Assembly (NCBI GenBank): GCA_945888435.1
Contig: CAMCZW010000007.1
Span: 12,700 to 76,699 of the forward strand
Length of the DNA: 64,000 nt
Reading direction: 5' to 3'
Source of the DNA: a bacterium UBP8_UBA817
GTDB lineage: Bacteria > Margulisbacteria > Marinamargulisbacteria > SXXA01 > SICP01
Both the position numbers and the translations under genes were made by a program. This document shows, piece after piece, positions 48,816 through 58,067 of the stretch; within the stretch, counting starts at the first letter, position 1, and each line of letters opens with the position of its first letter. The notes beneath the pieces are model-generated. The model had not been told where the DNA came from. It did not search any database and saw only the letters and a list, made by a program, of their open reading frames with translations.

Positions 48816-50183
48816 TTATAAATTCGGCCTTATTAAAATCGGGCTATAGTCCCCGATCGGCGTAATAACCCAAATCTCATGGGTCTTGATATAGTGATTA
48901 ATAGATGAAAACTCATATCGATCTACGGATACCCGAATAAATTCTGGCGCACCACTCGTAAACGGATTTTTATCAATCAATGACAATACTCCAGGTTTTT
49001 CCCTAAAAAGACCATCAATAAAGTAATGTAGCCACCCTTGTTGATCAAATTGAGAAAGTGCAGCAAACCACATTTGCCAATCTAACCTCGGCATATGAAA
49101 CACTGTCCAATACGGAAAATCAATGGCACGGTTAGGTTTAAATCGAAATTGATACGGATACCAGGTATCGCCATCTCTGCTCCCCTCAATACGAAGCTCG
49201 TTTCTCTCCGTCGTCATCACCGCAAATAATCCATAACGACCCGCCACATGGCATTGGCCCAAGGTATCCAGCTTAAGCCGAGAAGATAACCCAGGATAAA
49301 ATCGCCCTAAATCATAAAGCCCACCAAGCACTAACATCGTCACCAATCCCACAGTTGCCACCCAATACAAACTCCCCTCCTGGGAGGGGGCTGGGGGAGG
49401 GTCACTGACAGGAGGATCCCAAAGCCCCACTACCATCACCAAAACCAACCAGTTGAAATAGCCGTAATTACCCGTAAGTCCGATCATCACCATCAACAAG
49501 ATAATCCCCAATAACGCAATCAGCCTAGTCCGCTTAAAAAAGAGTAGAAATGGCAATACTAATTCCAAACCCAAAACCCCCATGGTCATTAAAAATAAAA
49601 TAAAAGCAGGGAGATGATGAAATAAAAATCCACCAATATGAGGCAAGGGTTGGGTTAAAAAATGATATTCCAAAGCTGTGCCCGCCCACCAGTGCCAATC
49701 GCCACTCAGCAGCTTCACTACGCCGGACATCCAGATGACCCTAAAAAGCAACGCCCCAATCGCAATTTGGCCCCATCGAGTCATCCTCTTGGCCATCAAA
49801 ATAAAAAAGGAAATTAATCCAAACTCTAATAGAAGAATATCCCATTGAAATTGAAAGAAATCAGCGCCAACGCCTACAAATGAGGCATAAAGCACCCAGG
49901 CAATCCCCGCCATCAGACAGGGGAATACTCCTAAAATCATCAAAAAGGAGGCTAAAACACCCCCATAAGCAGCCGTATTAAGAGCCGAATTACTAGAAAA
50001 GATCCAAAATAAAGAAGGGGACTCTGACATAGCTTGAGTCACTGAGCCATGAAAGGCGACACGCTTTACTAATTCGATGGGGAGAATACCGGTTTCACCG
50101 ACAAGCCCTGTAATTTGCAAGGCCACCGACACAAAGGCCATGAGATAGATTAATCCCACTCCAATGCGAAATTTAGAAAACAT
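48816..50183 (-). CDS. polytopic membrane protein, lipase-maturation-factor (LMF1)/HTTM-like
   Basis: N-terminus LIYLMAFVSVALQITGLVGETGILP and C-terminal PRLDWQMWFAAL ... NPFTSGAPEFIRVSVDRYEF resemble LMF1-family proteins. About 10 TM helices. Confidence 0.45.
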   Translation of the reverse strand: MFSKFRIGVGLIYLMAFVSVALQITGLVGETGILPIELVKRVAFHGSVTQAMSESPSLFWIFSSNSALNTAAYGGVLASFLMILGVFPCLMAGIAWVLYASFVGVGADFFQFQWDILLLEFGLISFFILMAKRMTRWGQIAIGALLFRVIWMSGVVKLLSGDWHWWAGTALEYHFLTQPLPHIGGFLFHHLPAFILFLMTMGVLGLELVLPFLLFFKRTRLIALLGIILLMVMIGLTGNYGYFNWLVLVMVVGLWDPPVSDPPPAPSQEGSLYWVATVGLVTMLVLGGLYDLGRFYPGLSSRLKLDTLGQCHVAGRYGLFAVMTTERNELRIEGSRDGDTWYPYQFRFKPNRAIDFPYWTVFHMPRLDWQMWFAALSQFDQQGWLHYFIDGLFREKPGVLSLIDKNPFTSGAPEFIRVSVDRYEFSSINHYIKTHEIWVITPIGDYSPILIRPNL

Positions 50184-50518
50184 TACATTTGTCGGAAATA
50201 ATAATTTTTGAATTGAGTTATGGTGGAATTTAACTCTTTAACTTGACGTTCTAGATCCTGGATATCTTTATGGGCACGCCCTAATTCGGCCTTAAGCAAG
50301 TCATTGCGTTCCTGATTAAAATAAACCAAGTCACTTAATTGCTTAATCGTCAGGGTATTGGGTTGAGTTGAGGGGACAATACGCGTTTGGCGAACCGTAT
50401 AATAAGGAGCGGCACGAAATGGCTCAACCTGAGCAACCGCAATCCCACTAATAAGGAGAATAAATAATAGAATTAAAGAGTATCTAAAAAAGTGAGGCAT
50501 AGAGGCATTATACTCCAA
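50183..50518 (-). CDS. small secreted or membrane-anchored coiled-coil protein (111 aa)
   Basis: Hydrophobic signal-like segment (FFRYSLILLFILLISGIAVAQ) then a coiled-coil (LERQVKELNSTITQF). Its stop overlaps the start of the LMF1-like gene (TAATG). Confidence 0.4.
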   Translation of the reverse strand: MEYNASMPHFFRYSLILLFILLISGIAVAQVEPFRAAPYYTVRQTRIVPSTQPNTLTIKQLSDLVYFNQERNDLLKAELGRAHKDIQDLERQVKELNSTITQFKNYYFRQM

Positions 50519-50555
50519 CTCACTCCCTTTTCAATTTGAAAATAATCTTAAGGGG

Positions 50556-50584
50556 TTCACATTACAGACGAGTAGGCATAAAAT
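50556..50584 (+). promoter_or_regulatory. sigma70-type promoter for fabI (-35 TTCACA, 17 nt, -10 TAAAAT)
   Basis: Lies 49 nt upstream of the fabI ATG. SD GAGGAAAA follows. Confidence 0.35.
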
Positions 50585-50632
50585 GAGAAAAAATGTTTTC
50601 ACCCTTAAATTTGAGACAATGAGGAAAATGGT

Positions 50633-51472
50633 ATGAGCCAATTGATGAGCGGCAAGAAAGGAATTGTGTTTGGCGTAAGCAACAAACGAGGAATTGCCCA
50701 TGCAATCGCTGAAAAGCTGCATGAACATGGCGCCGAAATTGCATTTACATATGCCGGCGAAATCATGAAAGATCGGGTAACCCCTATTGCAGAAGAAATG
50801 GGATCAAAATTGATCATGCCCTGTGACGTCACGAGCGACGACGAAATCAAAGCAGTATTTAAAGAATTTAAACGCATCTATGGCCGATTAGACTTTGTCA
50901 TCCATGCCGTGGCCTTTGCCAACAAAGAAGATTTAGGCGGACAGTTTTACAACCAAACCAAAGAAGGCTGGGATTTAGCATTAGGCGTAAGTGCCTATTC
51001 TCTTATACCTATTACAAGAGAAGCTCGTCCCTTAATGACAGAAGGCGGATCTATCGTCACGCTGTCCTACTTAGGTGGAGAGAGATATGTCCCTAACTAC
51101 AACATTATGGGCGTCGCCAAGGCTGCGCTTGAATGCACAGTACGCTACCTTGCCGCAGAACTAGGAAGAGAAGGTATCCGAGTCAACGCACTTTCAGCTG
51201 GCCCAGTCAAAACTCTGGCCGCAAAAGGAATCAGCGGATTTGATATCCTCTACAAAATCACCGAAGCAAGATCCCCAATGAAACGAAATATCACACTCGA
51301 TGAAGTCGGTAACTCCGGCTTATACCTGGCCTCCCATCTCTCAAGTGGCGTTACAGGCGAAACCCACCACGTCGATTGCGGTTACCACGCCATTTCGACA
51401 GTTAAAGCCGACGCAAAAATCGTAGGTGTCGACGTCGAAGCCGACGAAGCCGCCGCGAATCAAGACATCTAA
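50633..51472 (+). CDS. fabI: enoyl-[acyl-carrier-protein] reductase (NADH) FabI
   Basis: GKKGIVFGVSNKRGIAHAIAEKLHEHGAEIAFTY and the Y-x6-K catalytic motif region. Confidence 0.9.
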   Translation: MSQLMSGKKGIVFGVSNKRGIAHAIAEKLHEHGAEIAFTYAGEIMKDRVTPIAEEMGSKLIMPCDVTSDDEIKAVFKEFKRIYGRLDFVIHAVAFANKEDLGGQFYNQTKEGWDLALGVSAYSLIPITREARPLMTEGGSIVTLSYLGGERYVPNYNIMGVAKAALECTVRYLAAELGREGIRVNALSAGPVKTLAAKGISGFDILYKITEARSPMKRNITLDEVGNSGLYLASHLSSGVTGETHHVDCGYHAISTVKADAKIVGVDVEADEAAANQDI

Positions 51473-51483
51473 CAAACCCGTAG

Positions 51484-51508
51484 GGGCGTATTGCATACGC
51501 CCTTATTT
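51484..51508 (+). terminator. rho-independent terminator after fabI (gggcgtat-tgc-atacgccc + TTATTT)
   Basis: 8-bp GC-rich stem 12 nt after the stop. The same hairpin module (reverse complement) occurs inside repeat copy A. Confidence 0.55.
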
Positions 51509-51516
51509 AATACGCC

Positions 51517-52257
51517 CTAAGTGGGCCACAAGGCCCCAACATATTCCCTAGCATCCATCGTAATCGGCATATGATAGGTATGTTGATTATATTTTCCGGC
51601 CAACGCCATCAAATCATGCGCCAACCTAAGATTATATCTAAGATCTAACTGAAAAAAGTCAGAAAAAGTCACATGATTGCGAACCGTCCAATAGGTTTTT
51701 GATTTCTCAGTCAACACCGGAGAAATCCCTAAAAACAACTGCGTCTGAGTCAGGCGAGATAAATACCAATCTGATAATTCCAGATCAAAAAAAGGTTGAG
51801 TAAAAAACCCATCACATCCAACACCTAATTTTTGGTGACAATAGGATAGCTCCGCCTCAGCGGAAGTTCGGTAAGGATCCAACGCCCCATACACGATTAA
51901 CTGTGGGAAACGCCGTTTTAATAAAGTAATCATGTCGATCGCAGTTAAGGGCGCATCATGAGCAAGCTCAGGATAGACATCCCCACTGACAACCAAAACA
52001 TGGGTTAACCCTAAGCCGACCAACTCATCAAACAAAATAATTGCAGTCTCCGCCGTAAAATCCACACTTCGGATATGCGGCACGACAAAATAACCGTGGC
52101 TTAAAAACACCTTAGCAACATCATAACTTCGTATCGGGAGACGCCGAACATCTGGAATGTTAATCCCATTCACATGAGAATACTGAGTCAACAAATGGGC
52201 GGCATCAGCAGTAACAGACTCTAAACTTCGGGGGACAAGCTCAATTAAGTTCATCAT
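51517..52257 (-). CDS. methylenetetrahydrofolate reductase-like protein (short MetF/MTHFR family)
   Basis: Segments VLVVSGD, CDGFFTQPFFDLE, and an N-terminal LIELVPRSLESV resemble the MTHFR TIM-barrel. Confidence 0.45.
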   Translation of the reverse strand: MMNLIELVPRSLESVTADAAHLLTQYSHVNGINIPDVRRLPIRSYDVAKVFLSHGYFVVPHIRSVDFTAETAIILFDELVGLGLTHVLVVSGDVYPELAHDAPLTAIDMITLLKRRFPQLIVYGALDPYRTSAEAELSYCHQKLGVGCDGFFTQPFFDLELSDWYLSRLTQTQLFLGISPVLTEKSKTYWTVRNHVTFSDFFQLDLRYNLRLAHDLMALAGKYNQHTYHMPITMDAREYVGALWPT

Positions 52258-52274
52258 TTTAGGGATTATACAGC

Positions 52275-53615
52275 CTACAAGCGAGATACCAATGTCCGAT
52301 AATTTATCTTTAGCACTTCACAGGCTTGCTTTTTGTTTCCACTGCATTTTTTAAGAATTTCCTGCGCATACCTACGAACAAGATCTTCTTCGGAAACAGG
52401 ATCTTGAGCCAGCTTTTCAAAAATGGATAATTCAGGAAGTGACGAGGTGCCATAAAGCCCCAATGCAATTTCATTAACCAACGGGGTTTGAGACAAAATT
52501 ACCGCACGAGAAATCACATTTTGTAGCTCTCGGACATTCCCTTTCCAGGAATATCGTTGAAGCATTGTGACAGCGCCATCCGTAAATCCGGTGACATTAG
52601 CCCCATATTCAAGCGCATATTGCTTAAGAAAATAATGGGCCAACTTCACCACATCATCCCCACGTTCTCGCAATGGAAATACGCGTAATGGGAAGCGACT
52701 TAAGCGAAAAAACAAATCTTCTCTAAACGTGCCCGACGCCATCATCGTATCGAGGTTTTGATTGGTTGCAGCAATAAAACGGACATTCGATTTTACGGTG
52801 ACGGTCCCGCCCACACGTTCAAATTCTCGCTCTTGGAGGACGCGAAGTAACTTCACCTGCATGGCCAGACTTAATTCGCCAATTTCATCAAAAAACAGAG
52901 TCCCTTTATCCGCCAATTCAAATCGGCCTAGTTTACGCTCATCCGCACCGGTAAACGCCCCTTTTTCATGGCCAAACAACTCGGTTTCAATCAAGGATTC
53001 AGGCAATGCCGCACAATTAAACCGGATAAAAGGCTTACCCGCCCGCTTACTCTTTTCATGAATCGCCTTCGCGACCAATTCTTTACCCGTCCCACTTTCA
53101 CCTTGGATGAGGACCGTGATATCGGTCTCCGCAATACGTTCAATCATTTGGTACAAATCAAGCATGGGAGGGCTTGAACCCACGAGTTCAGAAAAGGATT
53201 CCTGAAGCTCCACCATTTGCTGCAATTTGCTATTTTCAATTTTAAGGCGATGATGTTCAAGCGCTTCAAAGACTACTAATCGAAATTCATCCGGACGGAA
53301 TGGCTTTTCGAGATACCGAAATGCGCCTTCTTTTAAAAATTGAACCGACGCAGCCTTATTACCATGCGCTGTCATGACAATGACAGGAATATCAGAACGA
53401 ATTGATTGAACCGCTTTCAAAAACTCCAAGCCATCCATCTGCGGCATCTTATAATCCACCACGATGACATCTGGAGAAATCTGCATCACTTGTTGCAGGC
53501 CTTCTTTACCATCGGCCGCCTGAAACATATGGACCGGATCATTAGAAAAAATACGAAAAATGGATGCCGTTAAATGAGGCTCATCATCCACAATCAAAAT
53601 ACGCGCTTGGTCCAC
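52275..53615 (-). CDS. sigma-54-dependent response regulator (NtrC/AtoC family; CtcC-like)
   Basis: Receiver domain (ILIVDDEPH, D...K). AAA+ sigma-54 activator domain (GESGTGKELVAKAIH, GAFTGA). C-terminal HTH. GTG start. Confidence 0.85.
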   Translation of the reverse strand: MDQARILIVDDEPHLTASIFRIFSNDPVHMFQAADGKEGLQQVMQISPDVIVVDYKMPQMDGLEFLKAVQSIRSDIPVIVMTAHGNKAASVQFLKEGAFRYLEKPFRPDEFRLVVFEALEHHRLKIENSKLQQMVELQESFSELVGSSPPMLDLYQMIERIAETDITVLIQGESGTGKELVAKAIHEKSKRAGKPFIRFNCAALPESLIETELFGHEKGAFTGADERKLGRFELADKGTLFFDEIGELSLAMQVKLLRVLQEREFERVGGTVTVKSNVRFIAATNQNLDTMMASGTFREDLFFRLSRFPLRVFPLRERGDDVVKLAHYFLKQYALEYGANVTGFTDGAVTMLQRYSWKGNVRELQNVISRAVILSQTPLVNEIALGLYGTSSLPELSIFEKLAQDPVSEEDLVRRYAQEILKKCSGNKKQACEVLKINYRTLVSRL

Positions 53616-53688
53616 AAAAGCTCCTGTAGGGAAAATATTTTGTTATGATATCAGAGATTGTAGTTTCTACAACGTTATACAATTTCCA

Positions 53689-53800
53689 GATAACACTCAC
53701 CCACCAACCTCCCTCTCTGTTCCAAAGAGGGAGGCTCAAGGAGTTAATCCATACAAATTCCCCTCTTTGGAACAGAGAGGGGCTAGGGGTGAGTATTATC
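53689..53800. repeat. MITE/REP-like element, copy C (~112 bp; TIR gataacactcaccc ... gggtgagtattatc; two internal hairpins)
   Basis: About 80% identical to copy B. Lies in the divergent promoter region between the NtrC-like and sensor kinase genes. Confidence 0.75.
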
Positions 53801-53834
53801 TTCTTATAGTTGCTTACAATCGCTTAACTCATTT

Positions 53835-54752
53835 ATGATGATGGCTATGCCAAATTCAATACCAAAATTTGAAAATTTAGACCAAGAAAATAAACACCTT
53901 AGGGAAGAACTCACTCAACTAAAAGAAGACAAAGCCAAAGTCATCGAAAAAGAACGCTGGATTTCGATTGGCAGGCTTGCTGCTGGGATTGCTCACGAAA
54001 TCAACAATCCGCTGGGGTTTGTCCAAAATAATTTATTTGCCCTAGATTTATATATCCAAAATTTTTCTCAACTCATTCAAAACTATCATCTTTTGTTAGA
54101 GTCCATTGCCCATATTCCAGAAGTCAAAGCGGCATTAACCAAACTCAAGGAAATCGAAAAAAGCCTTAAAATCGCAGAAAACATGGTCGAAATTAACAAT
54201 GCCTTTACCCAATGTCATGATGGATTAAAAAGAATTGAAAACATCGTCAAAACCATTAGAAATTTTTCACAAAACGAATCTGTTTCTGAGGAAGAAACCG
54301 AGCCTTACAATATCAATATTTGTGTGGAAAATGCCATTATCCTGACCAAGACCGAGCATCGCTATCATACGGACTTTATTACCGATTATGGAGATATCCC
54401 CCTCATCGAATGTAATCCGGGTAAACTGACCCAGGTATTTTTAAATATCCTCATCAATGCCTGCCATGCGATCCGAGAGTTTCATTCTCCCGATCAACAA
54501 CGCGGAATGATTATGATTAAAACCAAAGCTGTCCGTAACCAGATCATTTGCGAAATCACAGACAATGGGCCTGGTATCCCAGAAGAAATTCAAAATCATA
54601 TTTTTGACCCCTTTTTCACCACAAAAGGAGCTATAGGCACTGGATTGGGCCTGAGCATCTGCACCGATATTATCAGTAAACACAAAGGGGAAATCACCCT
54701 CACGTCCAAACTCAATCAAGGAACATCCTTTATCATCACGCTGCCTCAATGA
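53835..54752 (+). CDS. soluble sensor histidine kinase (NtrB/CtcB-like), divergent partner of the sigma-54 activator
   Basis: HisKA H-box GIAHEINNPLGFV. HATPase N, G1 (DNGPGIP) and G2 (GTGLGLSIC) boxes. No TM segments. Confidence 0.8.
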   Translation: MMMAMPNSIPKFENLDQENKHLREELTQLKEDKAKVIEKERWISIGRLAAGIAHEINNPLGFVQNNLFALDLYIQNFSQLIQNYHLLLESIAHIPEVKAALTKLKEIEKSLKIAENMVEINNAFTQCHDGLKRIENIVKTIRNFSQNESVSEEETEPYNINICVENAIILTKTEHRYHTDFITDYGDIPLIECNPGKLTQVFLNILINACHAIREFHSPDQQRGMIMIKTKAVRNQIICEITDNGPGIPEEIQNHIFDPFFTTKGAIGTGLGLSICTDIISKHKGEITLTSKLNQGTSFIITLPQ

Positions 54753-56698
54753 GCACAGGGTTAACCGCAGAAATTCTAGTCCTGAGAGGGGTACCAAATT
54801 ACTTTACATTTGAAGTGCCGGCACACCTCATATCAACCGCAATACCCGGGTCAAAAGTAACGATTCCATTTGGGAAAGGCCGCTCCGAAGGCATCATCAT
54901 GAGCCTCCACGAAGACGCGACGAGCGAACATCGCCTCAAACCCATTGAAGAAGTCAGTGAGGGAATGACACTTCCAAAATCCCAAGTTGATCTCATCAAA
55001 TGGATTGCAGACTACTACCAAACGTCTCCCTATATCGCCTATCAAACCGTCGTCGGCACCAAAAAAACACGACTCAAGGATATTGGTGAGCCGCCAGAAT
55101 TTCATGAATTCAAAAACCCACACACCCTCACCGGCGAGCAGGACATCGCGCTCAAAAAACTACTTCACTTCCCCACTCCGCATACCGCGCTCATCCACGG
55201 TATTACCGGCAGCGGTAAAACCGAACTGTATATGCAAGTGGCCCATCATATGATTAAGCAAAAAAAACAGGTCATCATCCTCGTCCCCGAAATCGCGCTT
55301 ACTCCCCAATTTAGAAAACAATTTAAAGCCCGATTCGGAGAACGCATCGCCCTCCTCCACTCCGGCATGACAGCAAAATCCAGAGACATCGAATGGACTA
55401 AAATGTTGGCCGGCCACTCAGACATCGTTATTGGCCCTAGATCCGCCATATTTTCGCCACTTAATAACATTGGTGCCATCATCATCGATGAAGAGCACGA
55501 ATCCAGTTACAAGCAGGACTCCACCCCCAGATACTCGACTCATACCATCGCCCACTATCTAGCAACGGACCATAACGCACTATTAATACTCGGGAGCGCC
55601 ACACCTAGCATCGAGTCCTACTACCATGCCACCCACAATCCAGAGTGGAGTCTCATTGCACTCACTACCAGACCCAATGAGGCCAGCTTGCCGCCCATTA
55701 CATGCACCAACGAAATTGCCCCGATATCCAGTCAACTATTAACCGAAATCAAAAAACGAATCGAGGCCAAAGAAAAAACGATCCTACTTTTAAATCGAAG
55801 AGGATTTTCAACCTATATCAGCTGTACAAAATGCCACCATGTCTTGGCCTGCAAAGACTGTAAATTAAGCCTTACCTATCACAAAGACCGCAAGCTGAGA
55901 TGCCATCGTTGCTATCTCACTTATGCACTCACCCATATCTGCCCAAAATGCAAAAAAACATCCCTTAACTTTACCGGAAATGCCATCCAAAAAATTGAAA
56001 CAGACCTCAAGCAACTACTCCCGACCGCCGCGATTATCCGAATGGACAAAGACACTGCCCCCAATGAAAAAAAAGCAGCTGCGATTTTAGAGGAATTTAA
56101 GGAAAGTGGGGACATTTTGATTGGAACTCAAATGGTCGCCAAGGGTCATCATATTGAAGAAGTGACATTGGTTGGTATTTTAGGCATCGACTCTACGCTC
56201 AATCTCCCAGATTTTAGATCACCTGAACGGACATTTCAGCTCATCACCCAAGTTGCAGGACGGGCTGGTCGTGGTCAAAAAAAGGGTGAGGTCATCATCC
56301 AAACCCAGCATGAAACACATTACGCGATTGTCGCTGCCAAAACCCATGACTATCCTACATTTTATAAAAACGAAATCGCCTATCGCGAACAACTGTACTA
56401 TCCGCCATTTAGCATCCTGGTCAATATTATTATTTCGGGAGAAGACCTGTTTGCCGTTCAGCAACAAACCAAGCTTTTACATGAGTATCTTGCAAACGAA
56501 TTCAAGTCAAAAGACATCCAAATGACGCCACCAAATCCCTGCCCTGTTGATCGGGTGAGGGAGCAAAACCGATGGCATCTCCTTATTAAGAGTCCCCATG
56601 CGCATTATGCCCACATCAAAAAAAGCATTTTGAATCGACCACTGCCACTCAAAGATGTCCGAATTTTAGTGGACTATGATCCGCAGTCGCTGTTTTAA
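54749..56698 (+). CDS. priA: primosomal protein N' (PriA helicase)
   Basis: GITGSGKTELY Walker A, DEEH box, and Cys-rich zinc-finger region CTKCHHVLACKDCKLSLTYH...CHRC...CPKC. Confidence 0.85.
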   Translation: MSTGLTAEILVLRGVPNYFTFEVPAHLISTAIPGSKVTIPFGKGRSEGIIMSLHEDATSEHRLKPIEEVSEGMTLPKSQVDLIKWIADYYQTSPYIAYQTVVGTKKTRLKDIGEPPEFHEFKNPHTLTGEQDIALKKLLHFPTPHTALIHGITGSGKTELYMQVAHHMIKQKKQVIILVPEIALTPQFRKQFKARFGERIALLHSGMTAKSRDIEWTKMLAGHSDIVIGPRSAIFSPLNNIGAIIIDEEHESSYKQDSTPRYSTHTIAHYLATDHNALLILGSATPSIESYYHATHNPEWSLIALTTRPNEASLPPITCTNEIAPISSQLLTEIKKRIEAKEKTILLLNRRGFSTYISCTKCHHVLACKDCKLSLTYHKDRKLRCHRCYLTYALTHICPKCKKTSLNFTGNAIQKIETDLKQLLPTAAIIRMDKDTAPNEKKAAAILEEFKESGDILIGTQMVAKGHHIEEVTLVGILGIDSTLNLPDFRSPERTFQLITQVAGRAGRGQKKGEVIIQTQHETHYAIVAAKTHDYPTFYKNEIAYREQLYYPPFSILVNIIISGEDLFAVQQQTKLLHEYLANEFKSKDIQMTPPNPCPVDRVREQNRWHLLIKSPHAHYAHIKKSILNRPLPLKDVRILVDYDPQSLF

Positions 56699-57983
56699 TA
56701 GCCTTATGAATCCACAAGATCAGTTAATCGCCATCCTCAAGAAAAAAGGCACTGGCCCAACCATGAGCAAAACATTGAGCGAAGAAGAGCTAATCGAACT
56801 CACCCAACTCATGGCAAATCCCGACGCCAACATCACCACCAAAGCAACGCTACTCACTGCATTTTTAATGCTGGAAAACACACCAGAAGAAGCAACTTGG
56901 CTCTCTCAATTTTCAAAAGACTACAAATCTAATTTACCGACCGAACTTCACTGGTTAATTGAAAAAACAAGCTCAACCCCATTTGAAAGCCTCACTCAAA
57001 AAGTCATTTCTCATCAGGATTTATCCTACGAAGAAATGACCTGGGGAATGGAACAAGTTCTGGACTCGGCCACCCCTAATCTGCAAAAAGCTGCATTTTT
57101 AGAAGCAGAACGCCTCAAGCGAGAAAATATGGATGAAAATATTGCCGCATTGGATGTCTGCCAAAATATCAGCACTTCAATCAAAACCGATATCCCCATC
57201 CTCATCGATTTGGCCGTTGCCTACGATGGGCTAGGGAGAACCCCCTGCGTCTGGGTCGCCACCGCCGCCGTTTTGGCAGCACTGGGATATCCGACCGTAC
57301 TCCATGGTGTCGACGAAGTCTCCCCTAAACGTGGTGTTACCCCACACAAATTACTAAAATGCGCAGGACAAGACCCCCTCATCACACCAGATCAGGCCAT
57401 CGCGAGACTCCACAACCCCGACATCGGCTGGACCTATATCGACCAGTATCACAGTTCCCCAGATCTTCATGACCTCAAAATACTGAGAAAAGAAATGGTA
57501 AAACGCCCAATTTTAGCCACCATTGAAAAACTACTTCAGCCCATTCAAGGCAAAAAAGAAACCATCACAATCACCAGTTACACCCATCCTCCATATAAGG
57601 AAAAGATGATCCAGCTTCTCAAACACAATCGGCAAGATCGATTTTTACTCATTAGAGGTGTGGAGGGAAGTATTCAACTCCCCACCGATCGCAGAGCCCC
57701 CGCCATCAGCCGGACTAACGACACCATCACCGACGATTTCGTTAGGCCCGAAGACTACGAAACCGACAAATACCCAGATGGTCCCATTACTTCAGAAGAA
57801 TCGCTTACCTGGTGTATCGAAGGTCTCAAAGGCACGCACCCCTATGCTACCCCATGGATTAGTTACCTCGCCCACACCATCCTAAGCCAGGTTAAGCTTG
57901 ATAATTCCCCGGATTTAAAAGCCAAAATTAAAGCGGTTTTAGAGTCTGGAAAAGCCTTAAATCACTTTCAAAACTTCACTTAA
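56676..57983 (+). CDS. glycosyl transferase family 3 (anthranilate phosphoribosyltransferase TrpD-like) protein with degenerate PRPP motif; TrpD2/YbiB-like
   Basis: N-terminal Glycos_trans_3N-like helix bundle (LSEEELIELTQLMANPDANITTKATLLTAFLMLENTPEEA). Core DLAVAYDGLGRT...WVATAAVLAALGYPTVLHG aligns to the TrpD GTGGD...KHGN region but lacks GTGGD. An alternative start is at 56706. Confidence 0.45.
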   Translation: MIRSRCFNSLMNPQDQLIAILKKKGTGPTMSKTLSEEELIELTQLMANPDANITTKATLLTAFLMLENTPEEATWLSQFSKDYKSNLPTELHWLIEKTSSTPFESLTQKVISHQDLSYEEMTWGMEQVLDSATPNLQKAAFLEAERLKRENMDENIAALDVCQNISTSIKTDIPILIDLAVAYDGLGRTPCVWVATAAVLAALGYPTVLHGVDEVSPKRGVTPHKLLKCAGQDPLITPDQAIARLHNPDIGWTYIDQYHSSPDLHDLKILRKEMVKRPILATIEKLLQPIQGKKETITITSYTHPPYKEKMIQLLKHNRQDRFLLIRGVEGSIQLPTDRRAPAISRTNDTITDDFVRPEDYETDKYPDGPITSEESLTWCIEGLKGTHPYATPWISYLAHTILSQVKLDNSPDLKAKIKAVLESGKALNHFQNFT

Positions 57984-58067
57984 AAGACTACTATACAAAC
58001 ATCATGAATGATCAAACATTAAGACTCCTAGCCCAAGGACCATTGAGAAATGTTGTCAGGTGGTCAA

